Of a stretch of 64,000 nucleotides of DNA, positions 22,594 through 32,120 are shown one piece after another. Within the stretch, counting starts at the first letter, position 1. The number at the start of each line of letters is the position of its first letter. The DNA comes from Pseudomonadota bacterium (GTDB lineage: Bacteria; Pseudomonadota; Gammaproteobacteria; Magnimaribacterales; D2472): contig JAOOBR010000004.1 of assembly GCA_028404565.1 (NCBI GenBank), positions 1,827 to 65,826 on the forward strand, given 5' to 3'. The translations under genes and the position numbers were made by a program. The notes under the pieces are model-generated. The model saw only the letters and a program-made list of their open reading frames with translations. It did no database searches and was not told the DNA's origin.

Positions 22594-23269
22594 AGTATCA
22601 GCTATAGAGTTATTTTTACAAGCAGGAATAGTTGTTAAGTCAGTAATGATTGTTTTGATTTTTGCTTCGATTATTTCATGGATAATTATCTTTGAAAGAT
22701 ACATTTTCTTTAGGAAAGCTAATGAAAATAGATTTATTTTTGAGGATAAATTCTGGTCAGGAACTGATCTAAATGATCTTTATACTGAACTTGATGAATT
22801 AGATGTTGATTTAATTGGCTCAACAAGTGTTTTTAAAAATTCTTTCAAGGAATTTAAAAGGATATCAAACAGGAGCGGACTAACAGATATGGACTTAGAA
22901 GGTCTCAATAGATCTATGAGAGTTTCTATAGCAAGAGATGAAGAGGATATGAATAAAAATTTATCGATACTTGCAAATATAGGTTCAGTGAGTCCTTATA
23001 TTGGCCTATTTGGAACAGTTTGGGGAATTATGGGTTCTTTCCAAGGCCTTTCAGATGCAACACAGGCTACTATTAATGCTGTTGCACCAGGGATATCTGA
23101 GGCTTTAATTGCAACAGCTATGGGTCTTTTTGCAGCTATACCAGCTGTAATAGCTTTTAATAGATTTACTTCAAAAGCAGATTCTTATTTACAGACAACA
23201 ACAATTTTTGCTGAAGAGCTTGCAAGCATCTTCTATAGAGAATCAGTAAAGCAAAAAGATGATCTATAG
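22586..23269 (+). CDS. tolQ: TolQ
   Basis: SPYIGLFGTVWGIM, VAPGISEALIATAMGLFAAIPAV. Confidence 0.96.
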   Translation: MNEVSAIELFLQAGIVVKSVMIVLIFASIISWIIIFERYIFFRKANENRFIFEDKFWSGTDLNDLYTELDELDVDLIGSTSVFKNSFKEFKRISNRSGLTDMDLEGLNRSMRVSIARDEEDMNKNLSILANIGSVSPYIGLFGTVWGIMGSFQGLSDATQATINAVAPGISEALIATAMGLFAAIPAVIAFNRFTSKADSYLQTTTIFAEELASIFYRESVKQKDDL

Positions 23270-23681
23270 AATAGGTCGAAGAAAGAAACTACATGCAGAA
23301 ATTAATGTAGTCCCCTACATTGATGTAATGCTCGTATTACTAATAATCTTTATGGTTTTATCACCACTATTAATACAAGGTATTGATGTTAATCTGCCTA
23401 GAACAGATACAACAAAAATGTCAATTCAGAATGAGCCTTTGGTAGTATCAATCGATAAAAATGGTAATTATTTTCTTAATCTGGGGGAAGAAGAAATTGC
23501 AATTTCGCTTGATGAGCTTAAAGACAAGGCATTTGTTATTTTTGATGCTAATCCAGAAATTGAAGTTGTTTTTAAAGGAGATGAGGCAGCTGATTTTCAA
23601 AGTGTGGCAGCTGCAATGGCGGCAGTTCAAAGTGTTGGCATTGCAAAAATAGGAATTGTAACTTCGGGATATGATGACTAG
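23259..23681 (+). CDS. tolR: TolR
   Basis: EINVVPYIDVMLVLLIIFM. Confidence 0.95.
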   Translation: MIYRIGRRKKLHAEINVVPYIDVMLVLLIIFMVLSPLLIQGIDVNLPRTDTTKMSIQNEPLVVSIDKNGNYFLNLGEEEIAISLDELKDKAFVIFDANPEIEVVFKGDEAADFQSVAAAMAAVQSVGIAKIGIVTSGYDD

Positions 23682-24294
23682 CACTAATATACTTATTGCA
23701 TCCTTTTATTCTTTCTTAATTCATGCAGGCCTGTTTTTAGGATTTTTTGGATATTTTGAACAAACTTCAAAGCCAAACAAAATACTTAGCTCGCCTCTTA
23801 GTGTAAAAATGCTTGTCGAGGAAGTAACTCCAAACACTCAAAAAAAGAACTATGTAAAGATGCAGCCAGATATTTACAAGGAACCTATTATTGAATCAGC
23901 AGAAATAATTCAGGAAGTTATGAAAACAAAATCTTATGCGATATTTGACTCTGGAATAGATTCCTTATTGAGTGAAGAAAAAGATTCTGATAATGCTTAT
24001 GATGACGATATTGTAAGATTTTATAATGCAATAAAGCTTAAGATTGAATCAGCATGGATTAAGCCAAGAAATATTCCATCTAACCTTTCATGTGATCTAA
24101 AAATTACAATTAATCCACAAGGCAGAGTAGTTGGCTTAAATCTTTTAAAAAGTAGTGGGAATATAAGATTTGATAACTCTGCTATGCAGGCGGTAAGAAG
24201 GGTTGAAACTTTTTTTATCTTTAAAGAGATGGAAAGACAAGTTTATGAGGAAACTTTTAAAAACATTATCTTTAGATTTAATCCAACAAAATGA
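23671..24294 (+). CDS. tolA: Short TolA (TM anchor plus C-terminal domain)
   Basis: TM helix with SxxxH motif, C-terminal IESAW..P...SSGNIRFDNSA; lies between tolR and tolB. Confidence 0.82.
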   Translation: MMTSTNILIASFYSFLIHAGLFLGFFGYFEQTSKPNKILSSPLSVKMLVEEVTPNTQKKNYVKMQPDIYKEPIIESAEIIQEVMKTKSYAIFDSGIDSLLSEEKDSDNAYDDDIVRFYNAIKLKIESAWIKPRNIPSNLSCDLKITINPQGRVVGLNLLKSSGNIRFDNSAMQAVRRVETFFIFKEMERQVYEETFKNIIFRFNPTK

Positions 24295-25580
24295 AATTTT
24301 TAAAATACTTTTTGATATTCCCACTTTTCTTGAATGCTGAGCTAGTAATTGAGATTACAAAAGGTTCTGATAATCCATACCGAATAGCATTAATTCCATT
24401 CCAAGGAGAATCTGGTGCAGCAAAACAAGCTAACGAGATTGTGAAGAATGATCTTATTAGAACAGGAGAATTTTATATTTTTGATGAGAAGTCTTTGATT
24501 GCATATCCACCCAGTGAAGAAGAAATTAATTACAGTGACTGGAGACTTATAAACGCTGATTTTCTTCTTCTTACATCAGTTATTGATAGCAATTCAGGTA
24601 TTGAAGCCAGATATGAAATATTTGATGTTAGGAAAAAATCTAAAATTAGAAGCTCAAAGGTTTATGGAGTTACTAATAATGTAAGACAGCTATCGCATTA
24701 TGTAAGTGATGGGATTTATGAAGCAATTACAGGAATCCAAGGCGTCGCATCAACAAAGATACTTTATGTAAGTCAGTCAAATGATGTTGATACCTCATAC
24801 AGGCTTTATGTCGCAGATGCAGACGGAGTTAATGAGCAACTTTTAGTGAAAAGTCCTGAGCCAATAATATCTCCAGCCTGGTCACCTGATTCCAAGAAGG
24901 TCGCTTATGTTTCTTTTGAAACTGGCATTGCAAATGTATACATTCAGGATATTTCAACTGGAGAGAGACAATCAATTATTGAGAAAAGGTGTTTGACATG
25001 CATCTCTAATGAACAAATTAGTTCTCCCTCTTGGTCGCCAGATGGGAAGTATCTGTCATTAACTTTATATCAAGATGGAAATGCTGAGATTTATATTTAT
25101 AACCTCCAAAAAAGAAATCTAACAAGGTTAACAAATCATTATTCCATTGATACAGAATCTCAATGGTCGCCTGATGGGAGGAAACTGATGTTCACTTCAG
25201 GAAGGTCTGGCTCACCACAATTGTATGAGCTAGATTTACGAAAGCTAAACAAAAAGCCAAAACGCTTAACATTTGAAGGAAATTACAACGCAAAAGGTTC
25301 TTATCTTCCAGGTGGAGAGGGCATTGTTTTTGTTCACAGGTCCTCTGATAAATTCCAAATAGCGATAAAATATTTTGAAGACAATTTTGTGATTCCTCTT
25401 ACTGATGCAAAAATGGATGAATCTCCTAGTGTTTCTCCAAATGGTAATGTGATAATCTATGCTATAAGCGAACAAAATAATGACATTTTGGCAGGAGTAA
25501 CTTTAAGTGGAGCCAAGTTCCGTTTACCCTCTGCAAAAGGTCAGGTAAGAGAACCAGCTTGGTCAGGTTTCTTAAAATAA
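24291..25580 (+). CDS. tolB: TolB
   Basis: Signal peptide, ELVIEITKG, repeated PxWSPDG (PD40) units. Confidence 0.94.
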   Translation: MKFLKYFLIFPLFLNAELVIEITKGSDNPYRIALIPFQGESGAAKQANEIVKNDLIRTGEFYIFDEKSLIAYPPSEEEINYSDWRLINADFLLLTSVIDSNSGIEARYEIFDVRKKSKIRSSKVYGVTNNVRQLSHYVSDGIYEAITGIQGVASTKILYVSQSNDVDTSYRLYVADADGVNEQLLVKSPEPIISPAWSPDSKKVAYVSFETGIANVYIQDISTGERQSIIEKRCLTCISNEQISSPSWSPDGKYLSLTLYQDGNAEIYIYNLQKRNLTRLTNHYSIDTESQWSPDGRKLMFTSGRSGSPQLYELDLRKLNKKPKRLTFEGNYNAKGSYLPGGEGIVFVHRSSDKFQIAIKYFEDNFVIPLTDAKMDESPSVSPNGNVIIYAISEQNNDILAGVTLSGAKFRLPSAKGQVREPAWSGFLK

Positions 25581-25592
25581 ATGGGAGATAAA

Positions 25593-26075
25593 ATGCAATT
25601 AATTAAATCTTTTTTCACAATTTCTCTAGTGACAATATTTATTGTTTCATGCAGCTCTGTTCAGGTAACTGAGGAGTCTGTAAGAGAATCAAGTATTGCA
25701 ACTGTAGAGGTATCAACATCTGATACCTATGAAACAAAATCAACGGCTGTATCAACTTCTGCAACAATTTATTTTGATTTTGACAAATACAATCTTACAT
25801 CTAGATCTATTCAAACGTTAAGAGGTGTAATTTCAGCGATGAAAGATAACTCTTCCATAACTCTTGTTCTTGAGGGACACGCAGATGAAAGAGGGACTAG
25901 AGAATATAATTTAGCTCTAGGACAACGAAGAGCTGAGTCTGTTGCTGATTATCTTGAATCAAGAGGAATAAATAGATCAAGACTGGTAATCAAAAGTTAT
26001 GGAGAGGAAAGTCCAGCTGTTTCTGCGTCTAATGAGAGAGCTTGGGCAAGGAATAGAAGAGTAGAAATAAAATAA
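25593..26075 (+). CDS. pal: Peptidoglycan-associated lipoprotein Pal
   Basis: Lipobox IVSC, IYFDFDK, EGHADERGTREYNLALGQRRA, NRRVEI. Confidence 0.96.
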   Translation: MQLIKSFFTISLVTIFIVSCSSVQVTEESVRESSIATVEVSTSDTYETKSTAVSTSATIYFDFDKYNLTSRSIQTLRGVISAMKDNSSITLVLEGHADERGTREYNLALGQRRAESVADYLESRGINRSRLVIKSYGEESPAVSASNERAWARNRRVEIK

Positions 26076-26079
26076 ATTT

Positions 26080-26721
26080 ATGCGATTTGCATTTATTTTC
26101 CTTGCATTAACTTCTTTTCAATCTTTTTCTCAAGGTTTTGAAAATACGGAATCTGATATTTTGTTTCTCAAAATACAAGAGCTTGAACAGGAAATTGCAG
26201 AGCTAAGAAATGAGCTTGAAACACAAGCATATCTTCTTGAAAAGCTTCTCAATGAGTTAAAGTCTATTGGGGACGAATCAGAGGCAGGATCGACAGAGGA
26301 AATTGTCGATGAGGATATTTTTAGATTTGAGGGCATCAATGATTCGCAAAGTATTGATGAGATTTATGATTCTGCGATAAATGCACTTGAGAATGATGAT
26401 TTAGAAAATGCAAAAAGGCTTTTAGATTTTTTTCTGATTAATTTCCCAGATGCCGAACGAATTCCCCTTGTTTTATTTTGGTTAGGAGAGATATCTTTTA
26501 TAAATGGAGATATTGATGATAGCTTTATATATTTTCTAGAACTTGTTTCTAATCATGAAGATCATTGGAGAGCTCCCCAATCACATAAGCGACTTGGTGA
26601 CATTTATCTTTCAAAAGATGATTTAGATAATGCTAAAGCAAAATATAATTTTGTATTAAAAAACTATCCCAATAATTCTGTATCATCAATTGTCTTGCAG
26701 ATATTGGAAAATATGGAATAA
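26080..26721 (+). CDS. cpoB: Tol-Pal periplasmic TPR protein CpoB/YbgF
   Basis: Signal peptide, coiled coil, TPR helices (FWLGE, YPNNS); follows pal. Confidence 0.85.
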   Translation: MRFAFIFLALTSFQSFSQGFENTESDILFLKIQELEQEIAELRNELETQAYLLEKLLNELKSIGDESEAGSTEEIVDEDIFRFEGINDSQSIDEIYDSAINALENDDLENAKRLLDFFLINFPDAERIPLVLFWLGEISFINGDIDDSFIYFLELVSNHEDHWRAPQSHKRLGDIYLSKDDLDNAKAKYNFVLKNYPNNSVSSIVLQILENME

Positions 26722-26744
26722 TCACCATCTTTAGTATTATGAAT

Positions 26745-26820
26745 GGGTCGCTAGCTCAGTTGGTAGAGCAGTTGGCTTTTAACCAATTGGTCACAGGTTC
26801 GAATCCTGTGCGACCCACCA
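26745..26820 (+). tRNA. tRNA-Lys (anticodon UUU)
   Basis: 76-nt cloverleaf GGGTCGCTAGCTCAGTTGGTAGAGCAGTTGGCTTTTAACCAATTGGTCACAGGTTCGAATCCTGTGCGACCCACCA with encoded CCA. Confidence 0.98.
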
Positions 26821-26823
26821 CTT

Positions 26824-28065
26824 ATGAATGATTATCTAGATACATTAAAGCAGTCTTTTTCAAAAGATTCTTTTCTAGCTAGTCTTTTTTTCTTTTTTGT
26901 TCTTTCCTCGTGGTACACATTAAGACCTCTAAGGAATGAGCTAGCCGTTCAGGATATTGATAACATATCTCTACTTTTGGCTATGGTTGGAATCGGAATG
27001 CTATTTGCCAACCTCATTTATTCATGGGTAGCTTCAAAAACAAATCTTAAGCAGCTAATTATTTTTTGCTATCTTTTTCTTGCCAGCAACTTAGTAGTTT
27101 TTATAAATCTTGATTTTTCCTCAAGCGCATGGGTAGGAAGATCCTTCTATGTTTGGTGCAACATTTATAGTTTTTTTGTTGTAGCAATTTTTTGGGTAGT
27201 GGCTATAAATCTATTTCGACAAAACAAAGCAAAAAAATACTTTGGATTTATTTCATTTGGCGGCACTTTAGGAGCAGCTTTTGGTTCAAGATTATCAAAA
27301 TATATTGCTAACAATTTCTCAATTACTCCTATTGACGGTGGTCCTGAAGAAATAAATATCTCAATATTTGCTATTTTTACATTAGGACTTTTGATAATTG
27401 GTTTATTAATTGGTCTATATTGTATTGGTAGAGTCAAAAGCGAGAATATTGCTCTTGGCGGCTCTGCCAAAGATGCATTCAAAAATCTTTTTGATTCTAG
27501 TGATGTCAGACAACTCGCTGTATATATGTTCTTATTTACATCGCTGATGACTATTCATTGGATAACTTCAGCAATTATATTTGAAGAAGCAATAGAAAGC
27601 TCAATCGAGAGGGTAGCACTTTTTGCTGATATTGAGCTAGCAGTTAGCTTAATTGCTGGAATAACACAAATATTTCTTACCTCTTTTATTGTTAAAAGGC
27701 TGGGCATTAAATTTATTTTATTTTCTTATGGAGTAATTTTTTCAATTGTATTTATTGTTTACGCTTTTGCTCCTTTACTAATTTCTGCGATTCTAGTAAC
27801 TATTTTTCTCAGAGTATTCGAGTATTCAATCAATAAACCAAGTAGGGAGATTGTTTTTAGCCACTTATCCAAAAATAAAAGATATAAATCCTCAGTTCTT
27901 GTTGATACTTTTTTTGCCCGCTTAGGAGATTTTAGTGGAAGCATTTTCTTGGGTTTATTTAAAGGAACACAAGTAGCTTTTAGTTTTGCACCAATAATGG
28001 CAATTCCATTTGCTGTAACTATTTCAATAATTGGATCAAGAATCTCAAAAATCTTAAAAAATTAG
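26824..28065 (+). CDS. MFS-fold transporter of the ATP/ADP translocase (NTT/AAA, COG3202-like) family
   Basis: About 12 TM helices; YTLRPLRNE, FYVWCNIYSFFVVAIFW, YSINKPSRE.....RYK....DT...RLGD motifs. Confidence 0.8.
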   Translation: MNDYLDTLKQSFSKDSFLASLFFFFVLSSWYTLRPLRNELAVQDIDNISLLLAMVGIGMLFANLIYSWVASKTNLKQLIIFCYLFLASNLVVFINLDFSSSAWVGRSFYVWCNIYSFFVVAIFWVVAINLFRQNKAKKYFGFISFGGTLGAAFGSRLSKYIANNFSITPIDGGPEEINISIFAIFTLGLLIIGLLIGLYCIGRVKSENIALGGSAKDAFKNLFDSSDVRQLAVYMFLFTSLMTIHWITSAIIFEEAIESSIERVALFADIELAVSLIAGITQIFLTSFIVKRLGIKFILFSYGVIFSIVFIVYAFAPLLISAILVTIFLRVFEYSINKPSREIVFSHLSKNKRYKSSVLVDTFFARLGDFSGSIFLGLFKGTQVAFSFAPIMAIPFAVTISIIGSRISKILKN

Positions 28066-29474
28066 ATTCTTTTATTTAGCTTTTCTCTTAAATTATTTAT
28101 TTTAGTCATTATTATTTCGAATGTTTGGAAATTATCCTGAGATAATTTAAGAGCAAATTGAAGCTCATTAAGAGCTCTTTCGTTTTGACCTAGCAGGATA
28201 AAATATTCCGCTCTGCTTTGGTGATAACCAGCTACATTAAGATTATCTTTTTGAATTTCTGAAAGTAAAAACCACAGGCTTGGATCTGAATTTCTTCTTA
28301 GAAGTGTATCTCGCAGTATTTCCTCTGCAGCTATGGTTTTTTCAAGACCTCTTAACACTCTGGCTTTTTCAATCGTTAGCGGATAGTTTTTGGGTGAAAT
28401 TTCTAATTGCTCATTAACCAAAATAAGAGCTTCCTCATATTTCTTTGATTCTCTTAAGATTTCTATTTTTGTTGTGTTCAAGATAAGATTTTTAGGATAC
28501 ATATCTAAAAGCTGATTTATTTGAATAAGACTTTCTTCGAATCTGCCATTTAAAGATAAGGCTCTTGAGAAGCCATAAATATTTTGTATATTTCTGTTTG
28601 TATTAACTTTATTTTCAAATATTCGGATTGCATTTATTGGTAGCTCTTCATAATCAGCCTCAAGCCTTCCCTTAATTAATCTATAATTGACGCTATTTCT
28701 TACACCTCCGATATCTCCAAGCTGATCTGCTGCATTAAATGCATCACTTACTCTGGTCGAAGAAATTGGGTGGGTTAAAAGAAACTCGGGTATATTATCT
28801 CCATAGAACCTCCTTAATGCAGCCATGTTTTCAAACATTTCGCCCATTGCTTTTGGATCATATCCAGAAGCAACGCAATTCTCAAAACCGAATCTATCTG
28901 CTTCTCTTTCAAATGCTCTGCTGTATCTTAATGATTGTTGTTGAAGAAAAGCAGGTCCAGCAATAAATGCTCCTGGATTATTTGTAGCAATTGCAACTGC
29001 AATTGAAGAAACAAGTATTAAAGCTGAAGCAAGGTTTCTATCTTGAGATCTCAATACATTTCTTTGGAAGTGTCTTTGGCTTAGATGAGCTAATTCATGA
29101 CATAACACAGATGCAAACTGAGACTCATTATCAGCATTTAAAAAAAGGCCTCCGTTTATGCCAACAATACCCCCAGGTGCTGCAAAAGCATTTAAAGACG
29201 GATCATCAATTAAAATAACAGTGAAATCTCTGTCATCAACTAGACTTGTCTCAGACAATCTATAAAGCAGAAGCTCTGAATATTCCTGAATAATTGGATC
29301 TACAATTAAAGCTGCCTGAGAATAGACTTGTTGCAAGAATTGCTCACTTAGAAGCTCAACCTCTGCTTCAGAAATCGCCCCAGATACTCTATCCCCAAGC
29401 TCCGGAAGCTCTATATCTACTTGCGCATTGGCAAAGCTTGATAGTAAAAATAGTGTTATTAATATTTTTTGCAT
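28062..29474 (-). CDS. bepA: M48 metalloprotease BepA/YfgC
   Basis: Signal peptide, LPELGD, NAFAAPGG, HELAH, EREADR, FLLTHP, C-terminal TPRs. Confidence 0.92.
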   Translation of the reverse strand: MQKILITLFLLSSFANAQVDIELPELGDRVSGAISEAEVELLSEQFLQQVYSQAALIVDPIIQEYSELLLYRLSETSLVDDRDFTVILIDDPSLNAFAAPGGIVGINGGLFLNADNESQFASVLCHELAHLSQRHFQRNVLRSQDRNLASALILVSSIAVAIATNNPGAFIAGPAFLQQQSLRYSRAFEREADRFGFENCVASGYDPKAMGEMFENMAALRRFYGDNIPEFLLTHPISSTRVSDAFNAADQLGDIGGVRNSVNYRLIKGRLEADYEELPINAIRIFENKVNTNRNIQNIYGFSRALSLNGRFEESLIQINQLLDMYPKNLILNTTKIEILRESKKYEEALILVNEQLEISPKNYPLTIEKARVLRGLEKTIAAEEILRDTLLRRNSDPSLWFLLSEIQKDNLNVAGYHQSRAEYFILLGQNERALNELQFALKLSQDNFQTFEIIMTKINNLREKLNKRI

Positions 29475-29562
29475 TTTGGTTTAATTTTAGACATAAATCT
29501 AACAATAAAGTTTATTTTGCATTAACATAAAGTTTAGTAAAAGAAAAAATCAATAATTTATT

Positions 29563-30627
29563 ATGTTTGATCAAATAAATACGCTTTTAAATAAAATCTT
29601 TAGTAATGAGGAATCAATAATATTTTCTTTATTAATATTTGCTTTTTTATTGGTTTTATATATTTTTGGAGGGATCTTAACTCCATTTATTGTTAGCTTA
29701 ATATTTGCTTATTTACTTATTGGGTTAAGTAAGAATTTTATCAAATATGGTTTAAGCGAGTTAGCATCTCTTATTATTTCATATGTCATATTCATATTTT
29801 CAGGCTTAGGATTTTTAGTTTGGTTGATACCATTAATTTTCCAACAAACCCAAGCTTTTTTCTTGGAAGTTCCAATTTGGCTTAACAACTTTAGAAGTTA
29901 TGTTGAAAACTTGGTGCAATCAAATCAGGAATTAATCTCTTCCGATCAGATTTCATCATTTTTTACTGAGCTTGTAGGAAGGCTTTCCTCTCTTTCACAA
30001 GGAGTACTTGATGCATCAATTTCAGGTATTCAAGACACTGTAGTCTTCTCAATATATTTAATTATGATCCCAGTCTTAGTATTTTTCTTTTTATTTGATA
30101 AGGAAAGAATTATTAGAGGTTTTCTGATGCTCTTACCAAAGAAAAGAGAAATGCTCTCAGAGGTGTGGATTGAGATGGATGATCAGTTAAGTAATTATGT
30201 TTGGGGGAAAGGAGTAGAAATTCTTATTGTTGGTTTTGCAGCAGCTCTTATATTCGGAATAATGGGCCTTAACTATACTGCATTATTATCAATTATTGTT
30301 GGACTTTCCGTTCTAATCCCATATGTAGGTGCATTTCTCGCAACAATTCCAGTTATAGTTGTCGCTCTTTTACAATTTGGCATTGGTTTTGATTTCTATA
30401 TGATTGTCGGGCTTTATCTTCTTCTTCAAGCTCTAGATGGAAACCTTCTAGTTCCAATCCTATTCTCTGATGCAGTTAAACTTCATCCAGTTGTAATTAT
30501 GCTAGCAGTTTTTGTATTTGGTGGAATTTTTGGTTTTTGGGGAGCATTTTTCTCAATACCTTTGGCTACTTTCATAAAAGCTGTATGGAATTCATGGCCA
30601 AGCACTTCTGCACATAATGATCATTAG
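29563..30627 (+). CDS. perM: AI-2E family transporter (PerM-like)
   Basis: LIPYVGA, QALDGNLLVPILFS.AVKLHP, GFWGAFFSIP; divergent from bepA. Confidence 0.88.
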   Translation: MFDQINTLLNKIFSNEESIIFSLLIFAFLLVLYIFGGILTPFIVSLIFAYLLIGLSKNFIKYGLSELASLIISYVIFIFSGLGFLVWLIPLIFQQTQAFFLEVPIWLNNFRSYVENLVQSNQELISSDQISSFFTELVGRLSSLSQGVLDASISGIQDTVVFSIYLIMIPVLVFFFLFDKERIIRGFLMLLPKKREMLSEVWIEMDDQLSNYVWGKGVEILIVGFAAALIFGIMGLNYTALLSIIVGLSVLIPYVGAFLATIPVIVVALLQFGIGFDFYMIVGLYLLLQALDGNLLVPILFSDAVKLHPVVIMLAVFVFGGIFGFWGAFFSIPLATFIKAVWNSWPSTSAHNDH

Positions 30628-31576
30628 GAGTTTCTTAATAATACTTGCTATGTCATCTTTTCTTCACTCAGAAGAAAGCTTTGGAATAGTTGTTCATGGC
30701 GGAGCTGGAGTCATGTCTGGCCTTTCTCAAGAAAGGCAATGCGAAATTCATCAAAAAATTCAAGAAACAGTGTCTGAAGCTTATGAGATATTAGAAAAAG
30801 GAGGCTCCAGTCTTGATGCTGTAGAGCTGGCTGTATCTATGTTGGAAGATTCACCCTTATTTAATGCTGGAAGGGGATCTGTGTACAACTCAGATGAAGT
30901 TCAAGAAATGGATGCTTCAATTATGGATGGCAAAAATAGATTATCCGGAGCTGTAGCATCAGTTACTACAGTTAAAAATCCAATTAAGTTAGCAAGAAAA
31001 GTTGCTGAAGAAACAAAACATGTTCTTCTTATGGGAGAGGGTGCTGAAAGGTTTGCAAAAGATATTGGCGTTGATATTGTTGAAAAAGATTACTTTTACA
31101 ACGAAGAAAGACTTAAAAGACTTCGCAACTCAAAGAAAAAGATTTCTAAATTAAATGAAAGCACAGACAAAATTGGAACTGTTGGTGCTGTTGCTCTAGA
31201 TAAAAATGGCAATATCTCAGCAGCAACTTCTACAGGAGGCATGACGAACAAAATGCCAGGTAGAGTTGGAGATTCGCCTATTATTGGTTCAGGTACTTGG
31301 GCCCAAAATGGTGTTTGCGGAGTTTCATCAACTGGCCATGGAGAATTCTTCATTAAGTATCAAGTTGCACGCGAGGTTTGTGTTCGCATTGAATACTTAA
31401 ACCAAAATTTAAGTGATTCTGCTGAATCTATTATCAATGAGCTCATGGAACTAGAAGCCTCAGGCGGGTTAATCTCCATTGATCATAAAGGGAACATTTC
31501 TACTCCTTTTAACACCAAAGGCATGATCAGGGGAAGTCAAACAAACAAAACTGATTTAGTATCTAAAATTTATTAA
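30617..31576 (+). CDS. iaaA: Isoaspartyl peptidase / L-asparaginase (Ntn hydrolase)
   Basis: VHGGAG, FNAGRG, EMDASIMDG, GTVGAVA nucleophile Thr, TSTGG, GRVGDSP; possible signal peptide. Confidence 0.92.
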   Translation: MIIRSFLIILAMSSFLHSEESFGIVVHGGAGVMSGLSQERQCEIHQKIQETVSEAYEILEKGGSSLDAVELAVSMLEDSPLFNAGRGSVYNSDEVQEMDASIMDGKNRLSGAVASVTTVKNPIKLARKVAEETKHVLLMGEGAERFAKDIGVDIVEKDYFYNEERLKRLRNSKKKISKLNESTDKIGTVGAVALDKNGNISAATSTGGMTNKMPGRVGDSPIIGSGTWAQNGVCGVSSTGHGEFFIKYQVAREVCVRIEYLNQNLSDSAESIINELMELEASGGLISIDHKGNISTPFNTKGMIRGSQTNKTDLVSKIY

Positions 31577-32034
31577 ATTTCTTTTAGCGCTTGCAATACT
31601 TCCAGAACATGACCCTTAACTTTAACGGATCTCCATTCTTTTTCGACTAAGCCATTTGAATTAATAAGGAATGTGCTTCTATCAACACCAATATATTTCT
31701 TTCCATACATTGATTTTTCTCTCATGACATCAAAAGATTTACACATTACTTCATCAGGATCGGACAATAGTTGAAATGGAAAACTCTGTTTCTCTTTAAA
31801 ATTTTCATGAGATTTTATTGAATCTCTAGAAACGCCTAGTATTTCAGCATTAAGCTTTACAAATTCTTTATGATTATCTCTAAAATCCTGACCCTCTAGG
31901 GTACATCCAGGAGTATTATCTTTAGGGTAGAAAAAGATTATTAAATTTTTACCCTCAAAATCTTTATTAGATAATGAAATTCCACCTGTTGCGTCTCCTG
32001 AAAACTTGGGACATTTTTTCCCTTCTAAGCTCAT
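31573..32034 (-). CDS. bcp: Peroxiredoxin Bcp
   Basis: FYPKDNTPGCT, GVSRD, RSTFLI. Confidence 0.94.
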   Translation of the reverse strand: MSLEGKKCPKFSGDATGGISLSNKDFEGKNLIIFFYPKDNTPGCTLEGQDFRDNHKEFVKLNAEILGVSRDSIKSHENFKEKQSFPFQLLSDPDEVMCKSFDVMREKSMYGKKYIGVDRSTFLINSNGLVEKEWRSVKVKGHVLEVLQALKEI

Positions 32035-32120
32035 AACTACTCCTTTTATAAAAAATAAAAATTTAGCTAAGTTTATCTAAAATTTATTTAAATTACTCTC
32101 TATCAATGTAAAATTATGCA

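Noticed and set aside
26745-28065. tRNA-Lys as an integration site for a genomic island
   Set aside because: No integrase and no duplicated tRNA 3' end were seen, and downstream genes return to core bepA-perM synteny.
29500-29536. Imperfect direct repeat TAAC(A)ATAAAGTTTA between divergent bepA and perM
   Set aside because: Could be an operator, but it is almost all A/T in an AT-rich spacer and cannot be distinguished from chance by eye.
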